Shown: in pieces, positions 1-11,050 of the stretch | Layout of the letters: each line of letters starts with the position of its first letter | How positions within the stretch are numbered: position 1 is the stretch's first letter | Assembly (NCBI RefSeq): GCF_006345805.1 | Contig: NW_021832878.1 | Coordinates: 1-29,636 of the forward strand | Source: Octopus sinensis | Lineage: Eukaryota | DNA: 29,636 bases | Direction of reading: 5' to 3' | Position numbers and translations under genes: made by a program | The notes under the pieces: generated by a model | What the model saw: only the letters and a program-made list of their open reading frames with translations | The model's database searches: none | Told to the model about the DNA's origin: nothing

Positions 1-378
1 AAAGTCTCTATCATCCCCCGTCCCTGATAGAACACCATCAGTGCAGATACCCATGCATTCATTCCAATCCAACTTTAAATGTTCGAAATATGAATTTATA
101 AGATTGAAAATGTCATATCCCTTTGTTGTTTCGACGACTCTTTGAGGAAAAAAATCTTCAATAATGGATTCATCGTCCATATAACGAAATAAAACAGAAA
201 ATTGCATTCTTGTAATATCTGAGCTTTTATCTACTTGAAATGGAAAAAATTCAGATTTTTTTATTCGCCGAACCAAAAGGGTTTCGATGTCATCAAACAT
301 ATCCTTGATCAGTCTGCTCACAGAAGTATTTGAAATAGGAATTAAACCTAGCTCAGTGGCAGCAATTTCTCTAAACAT
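1..378 (-). mobile_element. hAT (Buster/Charlie, ZBED5/SCAND3-like) transposase fragment running off the window edge
   Basis: The minus-strand frame is open from 378 to 1: ...IPISNTSVSRLIKDMFDDIETLLVRRIKKSEFFPFQVDKSSDI...FRYMDDESIIEDFF...DIFNLINSYFEHLKLDWNECMGICTDG. This matches the IPLSNNTVSRRI / LDESTD / CTDGA motifs of Buster-type hAT transposases. Confidence 0.8.
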
Positions 379-617
379 TATCTTACTACTTCTTTGGGAA
401 GAATATTAGGGTATCCTTTTTCACTCCCTTAGTACCTAATTTTCATTTCGAAATAGACTATTTGGTTTTATCAATTTTTAAATTACACGACGGCTAGCAC
501 ATAAGCCAGTTTATGGGATGTAAACAATCTCAATAAAATAGAAAAATATATTCCTAAATATTTTTTTAATTAAATGTTTTTTATTAATTTATATTTAATT
601 AAAAAATTAAAAACCAT

Positions 618-2196
618 ATGAAGACTAGTGGTGGCCGATTGCGTCCACTTGTAGCTGTACTTGGCCCAACTGGTTCTGGAAAATCACAAATAGCATTTGC
701 ATTGGCCAAAAAATTTAATGGAAGCATTATAAATGCTGATGCTATGCAGATGTACAAAGGATTAAATATTATTACCAATAAACCCACTCCTTCTGAGTTA
801 AACGCGTGTCCTCATCATTTAATTGACTTTTTGGACCCTTTATATGAAAATTATAATGTCAAGATGTACAGTGATTCTGCATTACAAATTATATCCTTTA
901 TTATCATTTAATATTTTCATGCATTTTCACTTAACTATTTTACATTGAAAATCTATACAAAAATGGCAGTGGACTTCCAATCATCGAGGGAGGTACAAAT
1001 TATTATTTGGAATCGATTCTTTGGGAATCACTTTTGGAAGTTAAGTAGTAAAAATAATTTACTAAAATTTATTAGTTTTTCTCACAATTATAATTCAAAT
1101 GGTGATTTTTCTAAATTATTTTAAAGATATTGTGATGGACCAAGAGAACGAGGACAACCACAAATTGTTAATGGAAATTGATTCTGTTCATGCCTCAAAA
1201 TTTCATCCAAACGATTCTCGGAAAATAAAAAAGTTTTTTTTTAACATTTTTTAGAGCGATTGAAGTTTATAAACGAACTGGCAAGTCTATCACTGAGCTA
1301 TACTCTGCGCAAAGACAAGGGACAAAACATAGACTCAGAATTGATGATTTTTGTATCGTTTTTGTTTATCGGGATTTGAAAGGTCTGGATTTTTAAATAT
1401 TTATTTTCAGAGCTTGATAAGTTAATTGACGAAAGAGTTGATAAAATGCTGGAAAATGGTCTGGTTGATGAACTTGTCGATTTTCATCATCGTTATAGTG
1501 AAAATCGTAAAACCCAGAAAGGGTTGTTGTATATGAATAATATTTATAGACATTATGACTATCAACGGGGAATTTTCCAGTCTATAGGCTTTAAGGAGTT
1601 TCACGAATATTTGATGCTTAACGAAAATGTGTGCGAAGACTCGATAGAAGGAAAAAAATTACTTGAAAAAAGTTATTTTTTTTAAAACTATTTTCAGGCG
1701 TTGAAAGGTTGAAAAATTCAACTAAGCGCTATGCGAGACAACAACTTGGCTGGATAAGAAAACGTTTTTTAACTCGTAAAAATTAATGACTATTTGTATT
1801 ATTTCAGAGACCTATGAGGGGTGTAGTAGACCTGAACGCTATTGTGTATATAAACTAGATGCCACAGGATCCAAGGATCTGTCGACAGACGTAATTCCAA
1901 TGGCAATTACCATTGTTGCGGACTATTTGGCTGTATTGTCTCTGGTGATTATAATTCAGAAACGTGAATGCCAATTTCCCAAAGAGAAGATTAATTTTAT
2001 TACTGAAGTCGAGCAAAGATCGAGGGGCGTATCCATGCGAACTTGTAAAATCTGTGAAATGACGTTTTATGTTGATGAGAAAACCTGGAATCTACATAAC
2101 AAGACTAAACGTCACAAAGCAGCAATAAAGGCAAAAGCTAAGAATGTGAAAAATACAATAAATATATTGGAAAGTTTTATCAATAAAAATACCTGA
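618..2196 (+). CDS. TRIT1: tRNA dimethylallyltransferase (tRNA isopentenyltransferase), 10 exons
   Basis: Motifs: P-loop [76 protein letters not shown] and a C-terminal C2H2 finger CKIC...HNKTKRH. Introns: 891-943 (AT-AC), 1045 (or 1048)-1075, 1102-1126, 1233-1254, 1383-1410, 1523-1549, 1672-1697, 1776-1807 and 1933-1959. One base is missing near 1718 (att[t]ca). Confidence 0.95.
891..943 (+). other. U12-type (minor spliceosome) AT-AC intron, 53 nt, TRIT1 intron 1
   Basis: The 5' end is ATATCCTTTA, a branch-like TTCACTTAAC lies at 926-935, and the 3' end is TTTAC. Removing it joins SALQI to [21 protein letters not shown] in phase 0. Confidence 0.9.
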
Positions 2197-2269
2197 TTTT
2201 ATTCTTTTAGTTTTATTTTTTTGATTAGAATATGTTTATTAGAAAAAAATTGTTTAAAAGAAAAAAAAT

Positions 2270-2620
2270 GGTTATTGTCGGACAGACAGGGCATTATTTT
2301 TGACTAAAGCAGGAAATCTTGTTGGGAGATACCAGTTCTCGGATTGATCGTCAGTAACCTTATCCAGAAGTAACCCGATATGTCAGAGCAGGCTCCGAGC
2401 GGAAGGTCCTCGTATTTTAGGCGTCAGGAGGCCAAACACTCTGCAATTCCTGACATCATCATGTTTCGCATGTTTCATCTTTTCGGCCCGTTCTGTTGGG
2501 GCTCCAGGGCTTTCGATTGATGCTACTATGTTCTAGCCAAAAACGAGTTTATACCCTTGACGTCCAAGAGCAGACATTTTCCCCTTTGGAAAAGAAAAGT
2601 CGGAATCCTTTATACACCTT
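2270..2620 (-). mobile_element. Old CRE-like non-LTR retrotransposon 3' fragment (restriction-like endonuclease region)
   Basis: Frameshifted minus-strand peptides FLFQRGKCLLLDVKGINSF / NIVASIESPGAPTERAEKMKHAKH / GPSARSLL*HIG...ENWYL align by eye with the better-preserved copy at 26305-26749. Confidence 0.6.
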
Positions 2621-2999
2621 CTTTAGCATATTTTATCTATTAAATAAAAATGGTTCTTAATCTCGACTTGATTGTTTGACAAAATGTTAATTGTTTTGAC
2701 CCCTGAATAGAATGGAGACTCTAATTTATTTAGCCGTGACGAAAGTTTTGTTCCATAATCTTTTTTAACTTGAGTATCCGTAATTTTTTTAGGTATACTT
2801 TATCTCCGCAGATAAATTCGTATTTACTGTTGTATACATTCATTTTTCTATTTATTTCTATTTATTTCCTTGTAGTACACTAAGTTTTATCAAACAGATT
2901 TAAATCAAATTCGAATTTTTTGTTTAAAGGGATTTTTTTAGTATTCCATGTCTCTAAAGTGTGTTAAATTCCTCGCATAGATTTAAGAAACACATGCTT

Positions 3000-3670
3000 G
3001 GTTTTGGATAAATTGTAAATTCTAAAGAAGTGTTTGCTGAAACACAGAAACGTCTTCAATTGCCAACTTTTCAATGTAATTCTTGAAAAACTTAAAAACG
3101 ACACCGTCACATGTCATATCCAGTAAAATTATTTTGATTTGAGCGTCGTAGAGGCTGGATAAATCCATGCCCAAAGGATTGCATTTATGGCATTTCTCAA
3201 CTTCGGCCTGCTTCAGGCAGGTCCTGTCCTACTTCGAGAGGGGACGTCCCACTTCGATGATAGTAATTTCGTTTTTTTATTTTGTCGTACATGAATATAT
3301 CAGTCTTGTTACATTAAATTTTTGTGTCTGTAATTATTAAAGAATCTTCACATATTTCAACATTTTATGTGAATATGATTGACTGAAGTGAATATTCTTT
3401 AAATTTTTTAACTTTGCGGATTCTATACTTCCTACAGACATACAAGTGAATACATTTCACGACTTCGTTATGTTTTCTGACGTAATTACTGTTGAGCATT
3501 TTCCCACATTGGGTTGCCAAATGATCAACGGTTTTTTTGCTTCTTATAAAATAGTTAAACAAAGCTCCCTTGGTTAAAAAAACAGATTCTCAATCCTGCA
3601 ATAGGCAATATAATGCCTCACTTCTGGGGGAAACATTCCCGTTCCAAAGCGATCCGTTCAAAATTTCTGT
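3000..3670 (-). mobile_element. Decayed RLE-type non-LTR retrotransposon C-terminus (R4/NeSL-like), with zinc knuckle and endonuclease
   Basis: Peptides PRSEALYCLLQD, KKTVDHLATQCGKMLNSNYVRKHNEVVKCIHL, NKTDIFMYDK, ITIIEVG and KIILLDMTCDGVV cover the CCHC knuckle and the PD-(D/E)xK region. Multiple stops and frameshifts are present. Confidence 0.75.
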
Positions 3671-3737
3671 TGATAAAGTTTATATTTTAAAATTAAAAAA
3701 CTTTTCGAATCAATCATTAAATTCCCTATTACTATTA

Positions 3738-4798
3738 ATGAGTCTAGTGTGCAACTTAACCAATTTCCTTAAATACAGTTCGAAAATGTTTTTAATTTCT
3801 CCGTAGAATCATTACCCCTGCCGGAGACAATTACGTTATATCAGGTTAATGAAAGTATTAAACTTTTTTTCAATAAACTTAAAACAGGTTCTCAGATATT
3901 ACCCGATCAGTATGCAAACTGTCAAGCAATGCAAGCACTTTTTAAGATTATCAAAATACCATATAATGTAGAATATTATAAAAATGCAGAAGAAATTTCT
4001 CCAAACGGTTAAAAATCTAACAAAATGTAACATATTAGGGGAGATTCCTTTTATTAAGGTCGGCCCTCTTCTTCTATCTGGAATTGAATCTGTATTTAAA
4101 TTCATTGAGATCAAAGTGATATTCATAATAAAAAATTCAGGGACTTTCTCCTACCCTATCATTCGGAATACAAAAACGTGATTTGGCCTCTACAATTATG
4201 TACATTATCATTGGAGATTTGGCTGACTGTGAAGTTTATTATTTTCTTTAAAAATATAGACATATATAACGTGGTGTGATGATAATATTTATAAAAAGGT
4301 TGTTTAATTTAATTATATTTTCTAATAATGGGATGCTACCTCAAAAGTGAGGGCATTTCATATTTACTTGAATTTTTATTAAAGGTAACTCGTCCCCGTA
4401 TTGCTTCGTGTTATCCTTTTCCACTAAATTTAATTATTCCGTGGATTCAATGCCAGAAAAATAGGTATCGTTATTTTTCCTCAAAAGTAACTCCAAAAAC
4501 TAAAAAAGAAGTTTTTATTGTTTTTTATTGATTTAGGTTTTTGATTGTGTATTAAATTCGTTTGACTATTTATCCCGACTATTGGGGGAAAATAGATATT
4601 TTTTGTCAAAAACGTGTTTTATATGGACTTTACTGTTTTAGAATTCCGTGTGAATTGGATGCGATTGCCTATGGCCATATTTATGCTTTCATGACTATCG
4701 ATTCTTTAATTACTTTTACGGATAACGCATCAAAGAAGTATTCAAATCTTTGTAGTTTTTGTGAGAATTTCAGAACGGAGTTTTTTAATAGTGATTAA
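3738..4798 (+). CDS. MTX2: Metaxin-2 (mitochondrial outer-membrane SAM complex, GST-like fold), 9 exons
   Basis: The spliced protein reads MSLVCN...QILPDQYANCQAMQALF...NAEEISPNGEIPFI...WCDDNIYKKVTRPRIASCYPFPLN...LSRLLGENRYF...PCELDAIAYGHIY...YSNLCSFC. Introns 3778-3806, 3855-3887, 4008-4038, 4116-4140, 4234-4259, 4299-4384, 4511-4536 and 4614-4641 all keep the frame. Confidence 0.9.
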
Positions 4799-5403
4799 TT
4801 TCTTTATGATTTCATTTTTATGAATTATCTAGTTTAACGTATTACGATGCATCATAATTAAAACAATATTTTGAATAAGATAATTTAGGTGTGGAATTAT
4901 TGATTACCAATATTCTGCCTTTTCGATTACTCTCAAATATACCACTTCGTATCTCTTCACACTGCTAAGCTATCATAAAACATTCAGTGAGGATTTGTTT
5001 CCTGATTTATATTTTGGTAAAGATGCATTTTAAAAGTTTCTTGATTGATTTATTTTGAAATAACGTTATTAAAATCTATTAGTTCAATCTATCTAATGGG
5101 AAAATTAGATATTTGGAATAAATTACCATTTTTGAAAACTAATGAAAATTCATTCTGATCTGAGGTTAAGATCAAGAAATTCCAATACCATTTATTTTGT
5201 AATTTCATTTATCCAGAAATAGACACCAGCTTGCTTAATATTATTTGAGTTTGAAAATTAAAATCAATAAGTGGAAATTTTTATAATCTTTTTTCCAATT
5301 CATATAACGAATTCGTCAATAAATAAAAAAAATTTATTGTCTAGTACCTTACACATATAGTAAAATTATGCAAAATATATTTTATAGATGTCTATGAGCT
5401 AAG

Positions 5404-6611
5404 TTATAATTTACGGGTTAAAATTTCATCTAGAAGACGATCGACTGCTTGAGAAGGTGTAAGTAAATCTTTAGCAACTTTTTCTTGTAAACTTGTTATT
5501 CTTTCACCAAATTTATCTTGAACAGCTCCCCAAATACTGTTTTGAAGGGATTTTATAACCAAGCTTGCTTTTGTTTTTGTCGATTTTCCATAAACTCCCC
5601 ACTTTCTATCATTTTGGAGCGAAATTCGAATATTTTGCTATATAATTGATCAAATCCATCATGATTCATCGAAGATATCCTTATAACCTATACATTTTGT
5701 AAATCCCCAAAGTACAGTTGGTTTCCAATTTGGGGATTTTTGTGACAAAAATCTAAGAGCGCTTTTGTAATCTGCTTGAATACGTTTTGACTGAGTCAGC
5801 ATGTCTGAGTCACTTTTAGTCACTGCAATGATGTCGCTCAGTTCAGTAATTCCCCTCTTCATTCCTTTGATTTATTTATATTTTAAATTAGTATTATTTA
5901 TTAATTTTTAGCAACCTTGCATTTCATCTCCTGCTGTCGGAGGAATCAACAGTAAAAACAAATCCACCATATCAGCAACAGCCGTTTCTGACTGGCCAAC
6001 ACCAACAGTCTCAATAAGAATAATGTTATATTGGGCGGCTTCACAAAGGAAAAGAACTTCATTTGTCACTCTTGCAACCCCCCCAAGCATGCCACTTGTT
6101 GGAGACGGTCTTACATAGGCATTTTTGTTCAATGAAAGTCGAGGCATTCTCACTTTATCACCCAAGAGTGAACCTTATTTTATTATTTTAATAATATTGT
6201 ACCTCCTCGAGTTACAGAAGAAGGATCAACAGCAAGGACAGCCACTTTGTTTTCCTTTTTAATCAGAAAAGTACCGAACGACTCTATAAAAGTACTTTTT
6301 CCGGCCCCAGGCGGTCCTGAGATGCCTATATTTTTAGTTTTGATTAGTTTATAATATTTTAAATAAACATAGTATACCAATTCGGAACGTCTTTTGGAGA
6401 TCTGAGTTTTCTTTGGCATATTTAAGGCATTTTGATATAATATTCTGCCCAATTTCCCTTTTATAAATATTTGTCGATTCCACCAGTGTTACTGAACGGG
6501 AAAGTGCGCCTCTGTTGCCGTTTATAATCCCGTAAAACAGTTAGAAGCAATGTTAGATACAGCTTCAGTCTCCGAAAAAAAATTTCTTATGAGTAAGAAG
6601 CTTAGTGTCAT
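5404..6611 (-). CDS. MMAA: MMAA/MeaB GTPase chaperone of methylmalonyl-CoA mutase, 6 exons
   Basis: Motifs: [83 protein letters not shown] and AVTKSD. GT-AG introns of 52, 29, 52, 28 and 23 nt. One A is missing near 6541 (tct aa[a] ctg). The start codon is uncertain. Confidence 0.92.
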
Positions 6612-6789
6612 AATTTTAGTAATACATCGGAACGATTTTTTGTAAACCACAATCTATTTTTGATAATTTATAAAATAATAAATATTTAAAATAAATAAAA
6701 TTACGATTCATTGTAAATTGTTTAACAAAAGAATTGAAGTTACAACGGAAACTAAGACTTCAAAACAAACGAGAGGTGTTTTGGACCTA

Positions 6790-7240
6790 ATATCAAAATT
6801 TGACTTCATTCCTATGGGGATGTTCAAAAAGGCACCGGGATGCCTGCTTTGAATTCTGGTTAAACTTTTTAATGCCATTTGGGACATTGGTCATATCTTA
6901 GCTGACTGGAAACGAGTAATTGTCCAAATGATCCCAAAGTACGCAAGAGGGAAGCTATGGGCCAATTAGCCTTATCGCTACAATTTCGAGGGTAATGGAA
7001 AAGATCGTATTTAATGGTTTTTCGACACATGCGTAGGAAAATAATATACTTGCAGAAGAAATGTGGAGCTTTAGACCTGGTCGGTAAATCGGAAACTTTT
7101 TCTTAGTATTTGATAAAGAACTATTTCCAGCCAAACTTTATAAAGATTGCCTAACCGCGGTTGCTTGGACGTCTGCAAGGCCTTTGATAGTGTCTGGCAC
7201 CTTGGGTTGATGGAGAAAGTGGCAGAATCGGGTGCTGGGA
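6790..7240 (+). mobile_element. Decayed LINE (jockey/I/CR1-like) reverse transcriptase fragment
   Basis: Peptides KLFNAIWDIGHILADWKRVIVQMIPK, GPISLIATISRVMEKIV, WSFRPGR and LDVCKAFDSVWHLGL, with stops. Confidence 0.8.
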
Positions 7241-7252
7241 AAAAACTGTAAA

Positions 7253-8273
7253 ATGACTAGAATGTTTTCTATCCGAGAGAAATTCGATAATTCAATGTTG
7301 AAATCTGTTATCAAACTTTGTGAACCTCAAGAGAGGCGGCTCACAGGGATAAGTTCCCAGCCCTCTGCTTTTCAAATTATTCTTGGCAGATGTCCCAAAC
7401 TCTCTTTTTTGACAAGCAGATTGATTATCTACGCCGACGAAATCTTTTGAAATCAATCATATTCGGTGAAAAATTACCTTCAAATGAAGAAAATACAGTA
7501 CCGTGCAAATGTTCCGGACCACCCAATTATTTTTCAATTCTATATATATTTGGCAGCTACGGCTTGACTTTCTTAGACAAATTTTCGCTGTTCAAGAATC
7601 ATGCAGAATATTTGAAGAAAATGTTATTTGTTAATTTATTTTATTTAAATAGGTCAAACCAGAAGAACCAGTCGTAAGTGGTGTTTTTAATTATAAAAAT
7701 AGATCATTGTGAAAAAAGACAGCCAAAAACAGTTTCTTGTTTTGATAAAATTTTGGGCATGTTTTTAAAATATTTTACAGTTTAGGAAATTGGCGACTTC
7801 CATCAATTTATATTGATTCCCAAGATGCAAAATTAAAAAAACACTACTACGGATAATCACTCTCAGATTACGTTGGGAATAGTCCACTGATAGATATACT
7901 GTCCGGTAAAATTTGCTTTGGACAAATGCAAAATTTATAGTTATGCAGAACTATTGAGAAAATGTGCTTTTTTGCAAGCAACAATAATCGATAAAAATGT
8001 CGGCGATTATTTTTACGACATCTCCCCTTCAACCAAAAATAAAGCCGTTTCGGGGAACAAGGATAATGTGATTTTGTATTCGAAAAAATCAAAAACATAT
8101 GAAATTGTATCTGAAAAATATTTTCAACTTTTTGTTAGATCTCAGCTCACAAATTTTTGTTACTTGATGCATTTGAAGCTGTGATTCAATCTAGAGAAAT
8201 TAAAAACAAACATTCTAAAGAACACAAATCATTTGGAATTAGGATTTCCGCTAAATTCTTCAAAACTTTTTAA
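7253..8273 (+). CDS. Putative multi-exon gene or pseudogene with weak resemblance to mitoribosomal MRPL46
   Basis: A chain of GT-AG introns (about 59, 30, 29, 49, 35 and 32 nt) gives ...VKPEEPVIIVKKDSQKHLGNWRLPSIY...ATIIDKNVGDYFYDISP...SGNKDNVILY...KFFKTF*. The frame breaks near 7845-7905 and the 5' end is unresolved. Confidence 0.4.
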
Positions 8274-8299
8274 GTAATTATATCGTGGAACATACACTA

Positions 8300-8690
8300 C
8301 TTAAGAGTAACAGTGGACACCACCGGGTCCTACAAACTACATGTGGACGCGAAGCGTAAAAAATGTACGAAGATCCTAAAAGAGCTAAGGAGTCTCCGAC
8401 TTAACACGGAAACGTTTCTTCACGTTAAACTGACCTAGTTTCAGCCTCTACTAATACATGGATTGGAGGGCTGGTATTAAACGGACGAGAGAGAACGTCT
8501 AATTGTCAAACTCAAAGAAACCAGACGCTTCCCATCAACTGGCATTTGGCCCGGAATTAGTAGTCCGCTTGAGGATTCGCATGAGCGGAGTACTGAGACG
8601 ATAGCCGCGATCCTATTCAAAACTTGAAATTCGTTGAGGGAGATAAGAAAAATCTCCCGGGGCAAAACTGGAGTTGAGACCTTTGTGGTT
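8300..8690 (+). mobile_element. LINE post-RT (thumb/C-terminal) fragment
   Basis: VTVDTTGSYKLHVDAKRKKCTKILKELRSLRLNTETFLHV...QPLLIHGLEGWY, similar to the minus-strand fragment at 19240-19620. Confidence 0.55.
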
Positions 8691-9269
8691 ATGGTTTTCA
8701 ATTCCCCTAAGCGCTAATTCCTTGAATATTTTTCTTGTTGAGCTAATTTTTTTATTATTTCCTTTTTCCGCTTTTGTGTCAATAAAACCGCATTTTAAGA
8801 TTTTGAAAATTTTGGGGATTGAAATTGATGTCGAAATCAAAATTTTACTGGAATTACCGAAGCATCCTAAAATCTATGACTAAGCAAACAAAACTAGTCG
8901 CGATCAAGATATAATTCTAATTTGCGCAAGCTAAAATCCATTAGTTTTTCCTACCCGTTGATGTTTCGAGATCTTTTTTAATTAAAAAATTATTAGATAA
9001 TCTAAGAACTTTTAAAATTTGTCAAAATAATGATATTATTAGGACTATAAAATCAAGAAGCGGTAAATGTAAAAAGTGTTTAAAGTGTTTAAAGAAGCGG
9101 TAAATAAATGTATGTTAAACAAATTAACTTTTTTTATATAAAGATGGACAACTATGTATAATTCCGTGGAATTGGAGCTTTGTGCTCTTTCAATTGCTGC
9201 CAAGAGAGCATCTCAGAAGAGGGAGTCCTATAGGGCGGAAAAGGTGCGTCTTTTTTTGCTAAGCATAGA

Positions 9270-10075
9270 ATAACATCCGAATATCGCCACAAAAAGATTC
9301 ATTCTTAACTTAATGAAACACATATTGAACCTATCCAAAACTCAACATGGCTTCCGCCCACAACATTCAACAACAACTTACTTCATGACTCTAACGGATT
9401 GCATTGCAGACAGATTTAACAACTACAATCCATTCCAAAGAACAATTCTGACATCAATAAACATCAGTAAGGCATTTGACTAAACATCGCTTCATGTCAT
9501 CAGCACCGAAATTTGTGAATCCAACATTATGAAATATGGCTGACCAGCTTTTTATCAGAAAGACACGGTCGTACAGAATACGCGAACAAAAAATCTTGAT
9601 TCCGCTACCTTTCAAATGGCGTATCACAGGACTCTTCTCCCTCCTCTTTACTCTTCAACCTCCATTTGAGGACATCCCCTACTCTTAAGTTACGCAGACG
9701 ACATTGCGACTGCATCAAAACATCGGGAAATCACAGAAGCCACAGTCAGATTCCAAACACACCTAGACTGTCTTACCAATTGGGCAAGATCTAACCACAT
9801 GATGCCTTCCCCGTCAAAATCATATGTGACCTTATTCATCCCCGACCGACAACAGTTCAACGTCAGCCCTAAAAAACTACCCGTCCTCGAACATTCCAGA
9901 ATTTTGGGGGTCATCTTTGACCACTGCCTCTTCTTTTCTCAGGAAATTGACTTCACATGCAGTAAAGTCGCCCTAAAAGCCATATCAGGCCAATTGTTCG
10001 GTCGAGCAAAAGAAAGTCTAGTAACCGTTTATAAACAATCTGTTTGAACGTCCCTGAATTGTACCAGCCATAGTG
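9270..10075 (+). mobile_element. Decayed LINE reverse transcriptase fragment
   Basis: Peptides QHGFRPQHSTTT, SINISKAFD, NGVSQDSSPSSLLFN, YADD (tac gca gac gac near 9691), LTNWARSNHM and RILGVIFD. Confidence 0.85.
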
Positions 10076-10619
10076 GTATTGAAATGTATCCTGATAGATT
10101 TTAAATCGTTTTTGTCTGTGATAGATTTTAAATCGTTTTACCGATTTTTTAAATCATGCTTTTGCTTTCTTGTCGATAGCACCACTTATTTCGAGTGCAA
10201 TTGTAATTTTTTTGAACTATTTTTATAGACTATGAATGAAAGAGACTTCGAAAGCTTGGGCAATATAAATCTATACATAATTATTGACAAAAAATTCCCA
10301 TGAAACACCAAGTGAATGAAATGAGAGAAATCTCTTTATGCAATAATATATAAATTTTATTGATTTATTCCAGGATTAAAGAATCGGTCTATCAAATAGC
10401 TAAACTTTTTTATCAAGATCGGGACTGAAATCCTTTGGAACGGCCACATTGTCTCTCTTCTATTTTCGACTAATTCCTCTTTCAATTATGTGACATAATG
10501 GACACATTTCATCGAAAAACTATTACAAAATTTACTCGGGTTAGATTAGCCAAAAAAGATTTAAACAAGAAATTGTACTCTATAGCAAAATCCGTTCCAA
10601 TAAGCACTGAAATTACCGA

Positions 10620-11050
10620 ATCAAGATATTCAATAAGCATGTACTTAAGCATGCGTGCAATACAGCGATTAGGCGCGTTGCGTGCTTTCCGGCTGCGGAG
10701 AGGTGCCTGGCTACGCGTGTTTAACGCCATGGTGTTACCCGTGTTGACCTATGGCGTACATGCCGGGCACTTCTGCGAGGACAGGGAGAAGTACAAAAAG
10801 TCAGAAAACGAGCCATCCGGCTAGCCCATAACTTAGGATAGCGAGAGGAGCTCTCGGACACCCAGGAATTGTCCCTCAAAGGTCTCCCTGAGGTCCTAGA
10901 GAAGAAAATGTCTGGGTTGCAGGTAAGGCGGCTGAGAGGTGAGCGTGTGTGCGGAACTGTGCGGAACTGTGTGTGTGCGGAACTGTGTGCGGAAAAGGAA
11001 GGAATGCCGAAGGTCCTTATCTATCCTCTACTAACAGCCTCTTTTAAATA
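10620..11050 (+). mobile_element. LINE 3' end remnant with 3' UTR simple repeat
   Basis: RLGALRAFRLRRGAWLRVFNAMVLPVLTYG (post-RT motif), followed by a GT-rich tandem repeat and an A-rich end. Confidence 0.55.
10945..10994 (+). repeat. Short tandem repeat (GT)n-GCGGAACT, 4 units
   Basis: gtgtgtgcggaact gtgcggaact gtgtgtgtgcggaact gtgtgcggaa. Confidence 0.9.

Noticed and set aside
411-456. Second U12-like donor GTATCCTTTT upstream of TRIT1
   Set aside because: There is no coding context to test it, the branch match is poor (CCCTTAG), and it lies next to the hAT remnant. A 5' UTR minor intron cannot be excluded without cDNA.
599-787. Antisense and alternative-frame ORFs in the track (e.g. 599-787, 1422-1604, 3899-4126, 11444-11782, 12710-12955, 22178-22438, 23313-23513, 26349-26555, 28623-28820, 29022-29267)
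   Set aside because: They are shadows of real genes or of mobile-element and pseudogene frames on another strand or frame.
2640-2960. Minus-strand peptide ICGDKVYLKK...KLESPFYSG resembling a Ty3/gypsy integrase tail
   Set aside because: It is too short and degenerate, with no catalytic motif or LTR seen.
4880-5330. Possible coding or Penelope-like remnant between MTX2 and MMAA (LEFLDLNL)
   Set aside because: Only one weak motif is present, with many stops in all frames and no consistent intron chain.
6533-6561. Possible GT-AC intron (GTATCT...TTTAC) that would restore the MMAA frame
   Set aside because: It would delete KLFY, which aligns with the conserved KLY-G segment. A single missing A in a homopolymer is simpler.
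7860-7900. In-frame TAG in the MRPL46-like candidate as evidence of stop-codon reassignment
   Set aside because: All confidently reconstructed genes end at TAA, TAG or TGA and have no internal stops once spliced. The local frame is ambiguous and indel errors are evident.
10200-10620. Exon-like stretches that might be upstream exons of the USE1-like gene
   Set aside because: I could not build a frame-consistent splice path or find recognisable similarity.
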